Origin: Octopus vulgaris
Taxonomy: Eukaryota
NCBI GenBank assembly: GCA_951406725.2
Contig: OX597816.1
Span: 10,540,001 to 10,604,000 of the forward strand
Direction: 5' to 3'
DNA: 64,000 nt
The position numbers and the translations under genes were made by a program. Positions within the stretch are counted from its first letter, which is position 1, and each line of letters begins with the position of its first letter. The notes under the pieces were generated by a model. It had not been told where the DNA came from. It searched no databases and saw nothing but the letters and a program-made list of their open reading frames with translations. Shown here in pieces: positions 23,997 to 34,311 of this stretch.

Positions 23997-26900
23997 GACA
24001 CCTGGACTTACAGGGCACGTACAACAAATACAGACAGCCCAGCAGACCGAATATCCAGTCAGCACAGTCCCAGCAACTACAACAGTCTTGCCAACAATAG
24101 GGCAGATGTATCCGGTACAACAAGCATAATAACAGCAAATATCCAGGGTCTTTATCCGAAAACAAAACAGTGTAAAGTCCCTTTCTCGGAAGAATTAGCA
24201 ACAGAAAACAACTCCAAAATAATTGGAATTACTGAAAGTCATCTCAACGAAAACATCCGCAACAGCGAAATCACAATCAATAGATTCAACATCTTCAGAT
24301 GTGATAGACAAGGCAGATCCCATGGGGGCGTTATCATGTATATCCATGATACCTATGCATGCATAGAACTTGTCAATGAATCAAATGCCTACTGCAACCT
24401 GCTGTGCATAAAAATCATCCAACTTAATACAGTTGTAACAATAATGTACAGACCGCCAAACAGCCCAACATTATCCTTCACTGAGCCACTGACGAAGCTC
24501 CAACAAATTCTGGGAAACATGGCAAGTCCAATGCCAGACATTATCCTCCTTGGTGACTTCAACTTCCCTAACATCATCTGGCCACATGGACACATACTAA
24601 AACTGGGGACAAAAGCTGAACAAATACAGGCAGCCAAACTGTTGGAAGTCACAGAGAAATTATACCTCAAACAAATGATGACAGAAGCAACAAGAAATAA
24701 TAATACGATCGACTTGGTTTTCACCAACAACGAGGACACGCTATTTGACCTTCACTCAACCCCAACAATCCTTTCAGACCACAATATTATTGAAATGCAT
24801 TTACACATTGGTAATGAGCCCAATGCCACAACTCTTAAACAAAAGGACATGCCAAAGCTATGCAGGTATGATTATCACCAGGCAAATTGGGAAACTATTA
24901 ACAACCAGTTACAAATCATTGACTGGGATCTCTACCTTACTGGGCCAGATAAACACAAGAAATTTTTAAACAAGATCGAAGAAATATGTGAAAAAAATGT
25001 TCCTCTAAAGAAAACCAAGTCCACAAAAAAACCTGTACCACGGGAGCGAAAGATCCTGATGCGCAAAAGGTCAAGACTAAGAAACAAAACATCTAAGCTG
25101 ACATCAAAACATGAATTACAGAAAGTCCTTGACCAAATATACAGATTAGAAGACAATCTAAAACAACACTATGATGAAGAATGTAACAATGCAGAAAAGA
25201 AAGCCATAGAAAACATCAAGAAAAATCCAAAATGTTTCTACAGTTTTGCAAAGAAATACTCGAACACCAAGTCAACAATAGGACCTCTCCAGAGACAAAA
25301 TGGGGATGTAGTGAATAACCCTATTGAAATGGCAGAAATGTTGGGTCAACAGTATGAAAGTGTCTTCAGTGAGCCATCTAAAACCATGAAGATCCATGAC
25401 CCAGGAAAATTCTTCAAGGATATCGACCATACTAAACCTACCCTATCCGACATTGATTTCAACCCAGAAGACATAGCAAGAGCAATAGACAAGCTCTCCA
25501 TGCACTCGGCTGCGGGGCCTGACGGTTTCAATGCCATGATACTTAAAAACTGCAAGGCACAATTGTCGAAACCCCTTTACATGATATGGAGGGAATCTAT
25601 GGAGAATGGCAAAATACCAAATACATATAAAGAAGCACACATAACTCCAATACATAAAGGGGATAGCAAATCAAAACCAAAGAACTACCGACCAATCTCA
25701 CTGACATCACACATTATCAAGGTCTTCGAAAGAATAGTTCGTGGAAAACTGGTTGAGTTCCTGGAATCCAACAATCTGATGAATTGCAACCAGCATGGAT
25801 TCAGGTTAGGTAGATCATGCCTTTCCCAACTACTGGCACACCATGACCAAATCCTAGAAAATCTAGAGAATGGATACAACACAGATGTTATCTACCTCAA
25901 CTTTGCCAAGGCATTTGACAAGGTAGATCATGGCATCCTGGGTCACAAACTTCGAAAGCTAGGAGTAGGAGGAAAAGTTGGTACATGGATACACGAGTTC
26001 CTTACAAATAGAACTCAAACAGTCACTGTGAATGGAACCCATTCAACACCATCACCTGTGACCAGCAGTGTTCCTCAGGGTACAGTACTCGGCCCAATCC
26101 TGTTTCTCATCCTCATCTCTGACATAGATGAAGATACAACCAGCAACGTCTCATCCTTTGCTGATGACACCAGGGTCATGAGACAAATCAAAGACGAAGT
26201 GGATACAGAGGCCTTACAAAAGGACCTGACCACCATATATAAATGGCAGGAAACAAACAACATGTTGTTCAATGATAAGAAGTTTGAACTAATTCGCTAC
26301 GGAACAGATCAAGATCTGAAAAATACAACAAACTACAGAAACCCATCAGGACAACAAATAATGGAAAAACAGTATGTGAAAGATTTAGGCATCCACATGG
26401 GAACCAACCTAAAATTCAGAGAACACCTTGACTCAGTCTGTCTTACTGCAAGAAAGTACAGCGGGTGGATCTTGCGCACCTTCAAATCAAGAGATACCTC
26501 AACAATGAAAACCCTCTGGAACAGTATGATACTTCCGAGGATTGACTACTGTTCTCAGTTGTGGTCACCAACAACAAAGGGCCAACTCTCTAAGATAGAA
26601 TCGCTCCAAAGAAATTTTACCTCATACTTCTCAGAAACGAGGGACCTGGACTATTGGCAAAGACTCAAAACCTTGAGGATGTACTCAATAGAAAGAAGAT
26701 TTGAGCGATACCGAATTATATACATTTGGAAAATGATAGAGCAGAAGGTGCCAAACTTTGGTATCAAAACCTACCACTCACTGCGCCACGGAAGACGCTG
26801 CCAGCTGCCACCAATCAACAAAAAGGCTGGCCAGGCAGCAAAAACCCTGCGAGAATCAAGTCTGTTGGTTCGAGGAGCACAACTGTTCAACTCCATTCCG

Positions 26901-27152
26901 GTACATGTCAGAAATCTATCAGGATGCAGTGTGGAATCATTCAAATTGCAACTGGATAGATACTTAAGCACCATTAGAGATGAACCCCATCTCCCAGGAT
27001 ATACACAACGAGCACAAACTGACTCAAACTCGCTCCTACACATGTCAAATTTAAGCAGAGAATACAACCTGGCAACCACACCAGACTCTGAGGGTGGAGT
27101 CTTCGACTTGGCCTGAGCATGGACTCAAACCCAAATGAAATGAAATGAAATG
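23997..27152 (+). mobile_element. 5'-truncated CR1-group LINE with (AAATG)4 tail and AAGCT TSD
   Basis: AAGCT at 23992-23996 and 27153-27157; tail 27133-27152; removing the element restores a normal SINE B head (AAGATGGCAAGCTAGCAGAATTGTTAGC). Confidence 0.92.
24336..27116 (+). CDS. LINE ORF2: APE endonuclease + reverse transcriptase (frame open from 23997; RT motif-A Asp->Asn)
   Basis: EN motifs ANIQGL and ITESHL (in frame, upstream of the first ATG), YRPP, GDFN, IDLVF, SDH; RT motifs AGPDG, NYRPISLTS, QHGF, YLNFAKAFDKVDH, VPQGTVLGP, FADD, KDLG; CR1-type C-terminus IDYCSQLWSP..FNSIP. Confidence 0.96.
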   Translation: MYIHDTYACIELVNESNAYCNLLCIKIIQLNTVVTIMYRPPNSPTLSFTEPLTKLQQILGNMASPMPDIILLGDFNFPNIIWPHGHILKLGTKAEQIQAAKLLEVTEKLYLKQMMTEATRNNNTIDLVFTNNEDTLFDLHSTPTILSDHNIIEMHLHIGNEPNATTLKQKDMPKLCRYDYHQANWETINNQLQIIDWDLYLTGPDKHKKFLNKIEEICEKNVPLKKTKSTKKPVPRERKILMRKRSRLRNKTSKLTSKHELQKVLDQIYRLEDNLKQHYDEECNNAEKKAIENIKKNPKCFYSFAKKYSNTKSTIGPLQRQNGDVVNNPIEMAEMLGQQYESVFSEPSKTMKIHDPGKFFKDIDHTKPTLSDIDFNPEDIARAIDKLSMHSAAGPDGFNAMILKNCKAQLSKPLYMIWRESMENGKIPNTYKEAHITPIHKGDSKSKPKNYRPISLTSHIIKVFERIVRGKLVEFLESNNLMNCNQHGFRLGRSCLSQLLAHHDQILENLENGYNTDVIYLNFAKAFDKVDHGILGHKLRKLGVGGKVGTWIHEFLTNRTQTVTVNGTHSTPSPVTSSVPQGTVLGPILFLILISDIDEDTTSNVSSFADDTRVMRQIKDEVDTEALQKDLTTIYKWQETNNMLFNDKKFELIRYGTDQDLKNTTNYRNPSGQQIMEKQYVKDLGIHMGTNLKFREHLDSVCLTARKYSGWILRTFKSRDTSTMKTLWNSMILPRIDYCSQLWSPTTKGQLSKIESLQRNFTSYFSETRDLDYWQRLKTLRMYSIERRFERYRIIYIWKMIEQKVPNFGIKTYHSLRHGRRCQLPPINKKAGQAAKTLRESSLLVRGAQLFNSIPVHVRNLSGCSVESFKLQLDRYLSTIRDEPHLPGYTQRAQTDSNSLLHMSNLSREYNLATTPDSEGGVFDLA

Positions 27153-27360
27153 AAGCTAGCAGAATTGTTAGCATGCTGGATGAAAAGCTTAGCGGTATTT
27201 CGCCCATCTTTACGTTCTGAGTTCAGATTCCATTGAGGTCAACTTTGCCTTTCATCCTTTTGGAGTCAATAAATTAAGTACCAGGTGAGCACTGGGGTCG
27301 ATCTAATCGACTGCCCCCCCACTCCCCCAAAATTTCAGGCTTTATATTTAGTGGAAAAGG

Positions 27361-27395
<35 letters not shown>

Positions 27396-27790
27396 AGGTG
27401 GTGAGCTGGCTGAGTTGTTAGCATGCTGGGCAAAATGCTTAGCAATATTTTGTCCATCGCTACACTCTGAGTTCAAATTCCACTGTGGTTGACTTTGCCT
27501 TTCATCCTTTCAGGGGCAATTAAATAAGTACCAGTTATGCACTGGGGTCAATGTAATCAACTGTCCCCTCCCACAAAAATTTCAGGCCTTGTGCCTTTAG
27601 TGGAAAGGATTATTATTATTATTATTATGAGTCAGCTTTGCCTTTCATCCTTTCAGGGTCAATAAATTAAGTACCAGCGAAACACTGTGGTTGATTCAAT
27701 CGACTGTCCCCTCCCCCCAAATCTGAGGTCTTTTACCTTCAGTAGGAAGGATTATTATTATTGTTGTTATTATTATTATTATTATTTCTT
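27153..27790 (+). mobile_element. Continuation of the SINE B array with (ATT)n spacers
   Basis: Copies at 27153-27362, 27396-27610, 27630-27752. Confidence 0.85.
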
Positions 27791-28499
27791 TTGAATTTCA
27801 GTGTTATTGCTTATATTTCGAGTATTTGGCAAAAAAAAAACAAAACATATTCTCCATTGTAAGACACAAACGAAATACAATCCGTGTTTAAAATGTTACA
27901 GGATAATATATTACCAAACATATTCTTCTTTTTCTTTTTACCTTTCCATTCCTGCAATCAGCTAATTTTCCAAGGTTTCCTTTAACATCAGATTTAGTTC
28001 ATTAGTTTCAAATGCAATAAAGAAGAAATTAAATTTGAAAGGTGAAAAAAAATTATTACCTGGGATGTATACGAGTAATTGGAGACAGAAAAATCTATAA
28101 ATATTGTTTTTGTTGTGGTTCTTTTTCGCTAATTTTACATTAAACTTGTAACGTTGCACTATTATCTCACATTGTGATAACCTGGTTGGAGATCATATGA
28201 TGCCATAATATCTGTTTTATACTTTCACTGAACTTTTCTACTTCAACATAAATAGTTTAGCTTTCGTTTTATTGATGTAATTGTAGGCACGGTTGTGTAG
28301 TTAAGAAGGCTGTATTCTTGCAATGTGGTCTTAAGTTCAGTCCCTCTACATGGCACTTGCCCAAAATGCTTGTGCATCACACTACATTGGGTTAACCAAA
28401 GTCTTGTGAGTGGATTTGGTAGAGAAAACTGAAAGAAGCCCTTGCCATATTCTGAACGCCTTACTTCCCTGGGCATGGATACATTGAAACTGATGTCTG

Positions 28500-29090
28500 G
28501 CAGCTGACTTGGCAGACACCCATAAAATTATTAACCATCTTACTAACAATAACTCTGAGCACATTTTCAAACTCCACCTGTCTACTTACAAACAATAACT
28601 CTGAGCACCTTTTCAAACTCCATCCGTCTAACACCCGTGGACATGTTTACAAAGTCAGAAAATAGCACAGCTCCCATGATGTTTGTAAACATTTTTTCAC
28701 GTTAAGAGTTGCTGAAGCATGGAACAAACTGCCGGCATCAGTTGTTAGCTGTTGGAGCACTGCATCCTTCATAACTTCCATGCTTCCTGAGATTCGCCAA
28801 CACTGCACCTGATTTTCTCCCCTCCATACACACGCAATAATTTCATTATTATTATAGCTTTTGCATCTTTACATGCATGGCCTTTTACAAAGGCCCCAAA
28901 CAAGGCCTGAGCTCATTAAGAAGGAAAAGAAGGGGTCTACAGATTCATGTAAGTTGATAGGAAGCATGTATCTTATTCATACGCTGTTCACTTCCAAGAC
29001 ATTTGTACATTACTGCATATGCTTTATACGCACTTTTGACAAGTTGTGGCGCACCTGAGCACTGTATACAATAATTTCATTATTATTATT
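28500..29090 (+). mobile_element. CR1 LINE 3' fragment with 46-bp internal duplication and (ATT)n tail
   Basis: TRGHVYKVRK*HSSHD..KHFFTLRVAEAWNKLPASVV, the classic CR1 C-terminus; tail GTGGCGCACCTGAGCACTGTATAC..(ATT)n. Confidence 0.85.
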
Positions 29091-29099
29091 ACTTATATC

Positions 29100-30470
29100 A
29101 TCGTCATCGTCCATTTTCTATACTGTCCTGAGTTGGATGGTTTCACAGGAGCTGGTATTGCTAGGAGCAGCACCTGGCTCCATTGTCTGTTTTGGCATGG
29201 TTTCGACAGCTAGATGTCTTTCTTAGTGCCAACCACTTTACAAGGTGACTATACTCTATGTTTGCATGGTTTGGATATTTTGACAGGATCCAATGTGTCC
29301 AAGGACTGCATCGAGGAGCTCCAATATTTGCTTCAGCATGGTTTTTATGGCTGGGTGCCCTTCCTAACACCAAAAAGTAACCTGTGCCTGTCCCAGGTAA
29401 AGCACCGGCACCCATGTTGGTGCCATGTATAAAGCCTTGGTACTTGTTCCATGTAAAAAAAAAAAAAAGCACCCAGTACATTTTATACATTAGGAAGGAT
29501 ATTCAGCTGCAGAAAAAAATGCCAAAACAAACAATTGGAGCCTGGTGCAGCTCTGATTTGCCAGCTCCTGCCAAACCATCCAACCAACGCCACCACGGAA
29601 AACACATGTTAAATGATAGTGATGATAATGGTGATGTATATGTATGTATGTTATTTGTCTATCTCCTTACCTTCTTGGAGATTTTAAGTATAATTATACT
29701 AATGTGTCCATCTGTTCTAATTTAATTTAAATTCTATGTCTTTGTGCAGCTGTAGATTGCTCTGCATTTTAAGTTGATGTAATGATTGTATTGTTCAATT
29801 AAATGGAGTTGCATGAAACGATCATACTGCATTACCTCTGGATATCCTTGTTGCTTATTTTGATTATATATGAATATATGTAATTGTTTCTATATATGTT
29901 GAGACAAGTGAAATCAAAATCAAATTCGATGACTGGTGTCCGTGCTAGCAGGGCGCAAAGAGCACCATATAAGTGTGATCATTGACAGAGCGACTAACCA
30001 GCTTTCATGCCAGTGGCACTTAAAAGGCACCATTCAAGTGTGATTATTACCAACGTGGCCTTACTGGCACTCGAGTCCCATGATAGTAGGGTATTAAGAG
30101 CACCATCTGAACATGATCATTGCCATAGCGGCCATCTGGCCCCCGTGCCAGTGGCACATAAAAGACACCATTCGAGTGTGATCATTACCAGCATCACCTT
30201 ACTGGCACCTGTGCTGGTGGCATGTGGAAAAAGATTTGAGCGATGTCGTTGCCAGTACTGCTTGACTGGCCCTTGTGCCGGTGGCATGTAAAAGCACCTA
30301 CTACACTCTCAGAGTGGTTGGCGTTAGGAAGGGCATCCAGCTGTAGAAAATCTGCCAGATCAAGACTGAAGCCTGGTGCAGCTATCTGGTTTGCCAGCCC
30401 TCAGTCATTCGTCCAACCCATGCTAGCATGAAAAGCGGACGTTAAACGATGAGGATGATGACGATGATGT
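29100..30470. mobile_element. Cluster of RTE 3' UTR copies; 29905-30470 (+) is a variant with about 6 diverged units
   Basis: Repeated GTGCC.GTGGCAC.TAAAA..CACC units and the terminal block with (GAT)n tail. Confidence 0.75.
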
Positions 30471-31317
30471 ACATAGGTTCATTATTTGTGGGTTTGCTGG
30501 GTGTGTTTTCCAAGGCTTAGTTCAGTTTTCTATATTGATCTGATGCATATGTTGCTCTAAGTTGCAGGAATTGGTGTGTGTGTGTGTGTTGGTTGTTTCC
30601 TTCTCTTGATATACTGTGGTAACTCTAAACGATCATTACTGCTATACAAGATATACGTCATTCATTTCCAGTCATTTATAGAAGACATGTCAGGTGGCAG
30701 GAAAATGTTTCTTTGATCAGTAACAGGAAGGAAATCTGGTAGAAAATTTGCCTCAACAAATTCAGTCTGATCCATGCAAATGTGGAAAAGTGGATGCTAG
30801 ATCGATGATGAATCAATGGGGACATTAACAACATAGGTGGGGGATTAATAAATATCACTGTAATTATTTCTTTTGATTAACTATCAACGTAATTATTGTA
30901 CCTAATAATGTTATTGACTTAATTACATTTATGATAGCTATTTTGTTAATTGGTGACGGATTAAAGAGACAAATGACATCACCAGAGGGATTATAAATAA
31001 AAGAGGGATAATATCAATTACTTATGCTGAAACAGACGTCTCTGTGTGGTTAAGAAATTCATTTCATAACTAGAAGACCAAAGGTTCAATCCCTCTACTT
31101 CAAATCTTGAACGAACATTTTTTTTTTTTTATATTGCTGTGGGTGGAAATTTCTTTCCAATATAATGTATCTTGGAATATATTACTCAATGTGTCCTTCG
31201 CTTTTTTATTGACATGGCAATAAGAGATGTGTGAGGAACATCTTGATGCTATTTCTAGCAGGTTGAGTAACAACAAAAAGTCACCACCATTGACATATGT
31301 CATATTAATCTCATGAT

Positions 31318-31693
31318 TAGCGGCATTTTGTCTGCCGCTACGTTCTGAGTTCAAATTCTGCCGAGGTCAACTTTGCCTTTCATCCTTTCTGGGTAGATAA
31401 ATTAAGTACCAGTTACGCACTGGGGTCGATGTAATCGACTTAATCCGTTTGTCTGTCCTTGTTTGTCATCTCTGTGTTTAGCCCCTTGTAGGTAGTAAAG
31501 AAATAGGTATTTCGTCTGCCGCTGCATTCTGACAACTGATGTTGGTATGTTTACGTCCCTGTAACTTAGCAGTTTGCCAAAAGCAACCGAAAGTCCCAGG
31601 CTTACTAAAAATAAGTCCAAGAGTCACTTTCTCTGACTAAAAGGCGGTGCTCCAGCATGGCCACAGTCAAAATAACTGAAACAAGTAAAAGAG
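31318..31693 (+). mobile_element. SINE B (31318-31530) joined to a SINE A 3' half (31533-31693)
   Basis: Similarity to other copies. Confidence 0.8.
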
Positions 31694-31996
31694 TATGCAA
31701 GCATGGTTAATTGCTTGTCTTTTACAAATTAAACCATACCCAGGTGTGCCAAGGTGGGAACTTTCCAGGAACAGAAACTCATGTTTAAACAGGAAGAAGG
31801 AAAGAGTTAACCCTTTAACATTCAGTCAAATGTAATGCATGTTAACAAACATTGTATTGAATTTAATTACCCATTATTGCATAGCTTCAACATTTTTGAT
31901 GATGTGAGCATGATCATTACCAGCATCACCTTACTGGCACTTGTGCCGGTGGCACATGAAAAAACATTCAAGCGAGGTTGTTGCTAGTGCCGCTAG

Positions 31997-32775
31997 AACT
32001 GAGAAAGCTAATAAGGAGAATACAGAAAGCGGTCGCAAAAGCCAGCTTCTATATATGGCTGAAGTGGGAAGACCAAAAATGGCTTGAAAGTCATAACATG
32101 TCGGCAGGAAAATAACATCACTAGGTGAGACAGGCTGACACTGAATTAGCTTCGCTGATTGACAGGTGATGGTATCGTTTTGAGAATGCATGGACTAAGA
32201 CTATGCACCTTTATTGGTCAGTTAAAGTTGAGACAGCATCACGTGACAACTTGCTGGGGCTGCTTGCTGGAGTCTAGCAGCAGGTATTTAAAGGGAAATT
32301 TGACAAAACAGTCAGTCGCCTGCTGACACTTGTTGATGATACATTGAAGAGGCCAGGGAACAAAAGAAAGAAGGAGAAAGAAGACATGCATCCAACAACA
32401 GAGCTGAAGACACCTCCGAAAGGGGGAGGCACTGCCATGTCAAGATGGGAGAGGATTAGGGGCCGAAACCGGACGTGGTTCCTCCTGATGATGTCTTGAG
32501 CTAACTGGATCTTATAAAGGAGCTGTTGTGGTAGCAGACTACGAAACACGGTTGAAATTCCTCCATAACTGATAAAATACCAGTTGTGTGTATTTGGACG
32601 GATGTATAAAAGCCCTGAAAGAAGAGGCCCTGTCTTTGATAAAATTCTTGTTGACATTAGTGATGTCTGATTCCACTGAGGGCATCAACAAGAACAAAAC
32701 ATAACCAATTCTTTCTATAAGTGCACTTAGTGCAGTTATATTGATTAAAACATACAGAAATATCAAAAAAAAAAA
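31997..32775 (+). mobile_element. Hero-type (RLE-group) non-LTR retrotransposon 3' end with long structured 3' UTR
   Basis: 32000-32090 reads LRKLIRRIQKAVAKASFYIWLKWEDQKW, matching the Hero C-terminal AAE.AS.W.WL.R...W pattern; GC-richer UTR; A-rich end ~32765. The 3' boundary is uncertain. Confidence 0.65.
32402..32502 (+). ncRNA. Non-circularly permuted hammerhead-like ribozyme motif (copy 1)
   Basis: GAAA (32465-32468) precedes CTGATGA (32485-32491); six helices can be drawn (see findings); cleavage triplet GGA instead of GUA. Confidence 0.7.
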
Positions 32776-33254
32776 GAAAGAATAAAACTGGAATGGGTGT
32801 AAAAATTCTTTTACTCACAGAATGTTAAGACAAAAAAGAAAGAAATAGAACAAAACAAAATGTCAATCACAACATCAACAACAAAATAGAGAAAACCCGG
32901 GAAAATTATGGTACAAGATTATAGAATTTCTGTCTGTGATTCTCTGTAGCTCTCCTGATTTCTTCTATCTCTTAACCACAACTTCATTTATATAAGACTA
33001 CCCATTAATAAAACTGTATTATGTTATTTATCTATTTATCTAGTTATCTAGACATTTATTTCATTTATTTTTTGTTTTTGTTTTTTTTTTGTTTTTTGTT
33101 TTGTATTACTTTTGGTTTGTGGAATATTGCTGAGAAATAACTATAACTATATTATGTCTGATATGAAAAAGAAAAAGAAAAATGAACAAAGAAGAAAAAA
33201 AACAAGCAGTTTGTCTACTGACATTTCTTGTTGCAGCTAATCTAACATTATGTG

Positions 33255-33557
33255 CTTACATGCACATATGCACACACATACACACACGTGCGCATGTGCA
33301 TCCACCCTGCACAGATAGATATATGTATATAAACACATAGATTATACATGTATATATATTGTGTGAGTTTCTGTGTGTATATATATTAATATATATATAT
33401 ACATAAATATATGGATATATGTACATACACATATACACACATGTGCATATATATATATATATATATATATACATACACACACACATATATATACACATGT
33501 GCATATATATATATATATATATATATACATACACACACACACATGTGCATATACACA

Positions 33558-33607
<50 letters not shown>

Positions 33608-33700
33608 TGTATGTATGTACTTTTGTCTTTTGGTATGCATATACATACATGTATGTGTGTATATCCATGTGTATATATGCGTGTGTGTAAGCATAAACAT
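33255..33700. repeat. Compound (CA)/(TA) microsatellite with higher-order repeat
   Basis: Recurrent CACATGTGCATAT anchor. Confidence 0.95.
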
Positions 33701-33883
33701 ACATACATCAGAGGAGTTGGCATGGCAAAACTGTCACTTTTATGATATAAAATATATTTATTGACTCTACATTTCATATTGAGATCTATATCAGATAATG
33801 TTTAATCACCGTACAACATATGCCTCTAATGTTACAATACAACACACATAAGCATATATACATATATGTACATACATACACAT

Positions 33884-33915
<32 letters not shown>

Positions 33916-34311
33916 AGAAATATGGTAAATACTGAATATTTTCTTTGTAATTTTTCTTTCCTATATTTTTGATTTTTCTGTAGATTTCTTTATTAAGAAC
34001 ACAATAATAAAAGAAACAAAGCAAAGCAAATGGCAAAAAGAAAAACTGGAAACCTGATCTCATTGATTATTATTTTATTTTAATATAATCTATGAAGAAT
34101 TATCCATTGTTGATTACAAGAACTGACTTATTGAGTCTTTGAGAACTATTTTTACATGTGTGTCTTCAGCTTCCATAGCAAATCTGTTTACTCTATCTTC
34201 ATCTTACTGTGTTATCTATTCACTAACTGTGATGCAGATAAAAGTTAACAGTCTAGAAGTTATTTCTCCTTTATAAAAAGAGAGACTAAGCAACAGTGAT
34301 AATATATTTTA

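Noticed and set aside
24336-27116. RT as a retron, DGR, group II intron or defence-associated RT
   Set aside because: The APE domain, CR1-type C-terminus, tandem-repeat tail and TSD identify an ordinary non-LTR retrotransposon.
24389-27207. Antisense and alternative-frame ORFs over the LINE
   Set aside because: Shadow ORFs of the RT coding sequence.
32190-32290. Possible twister or HDV-like ribozyme in the Hero UTR
   Set aside because: Hairpins are present but the required conserved nucleotides and pseudoknots could not be placed.
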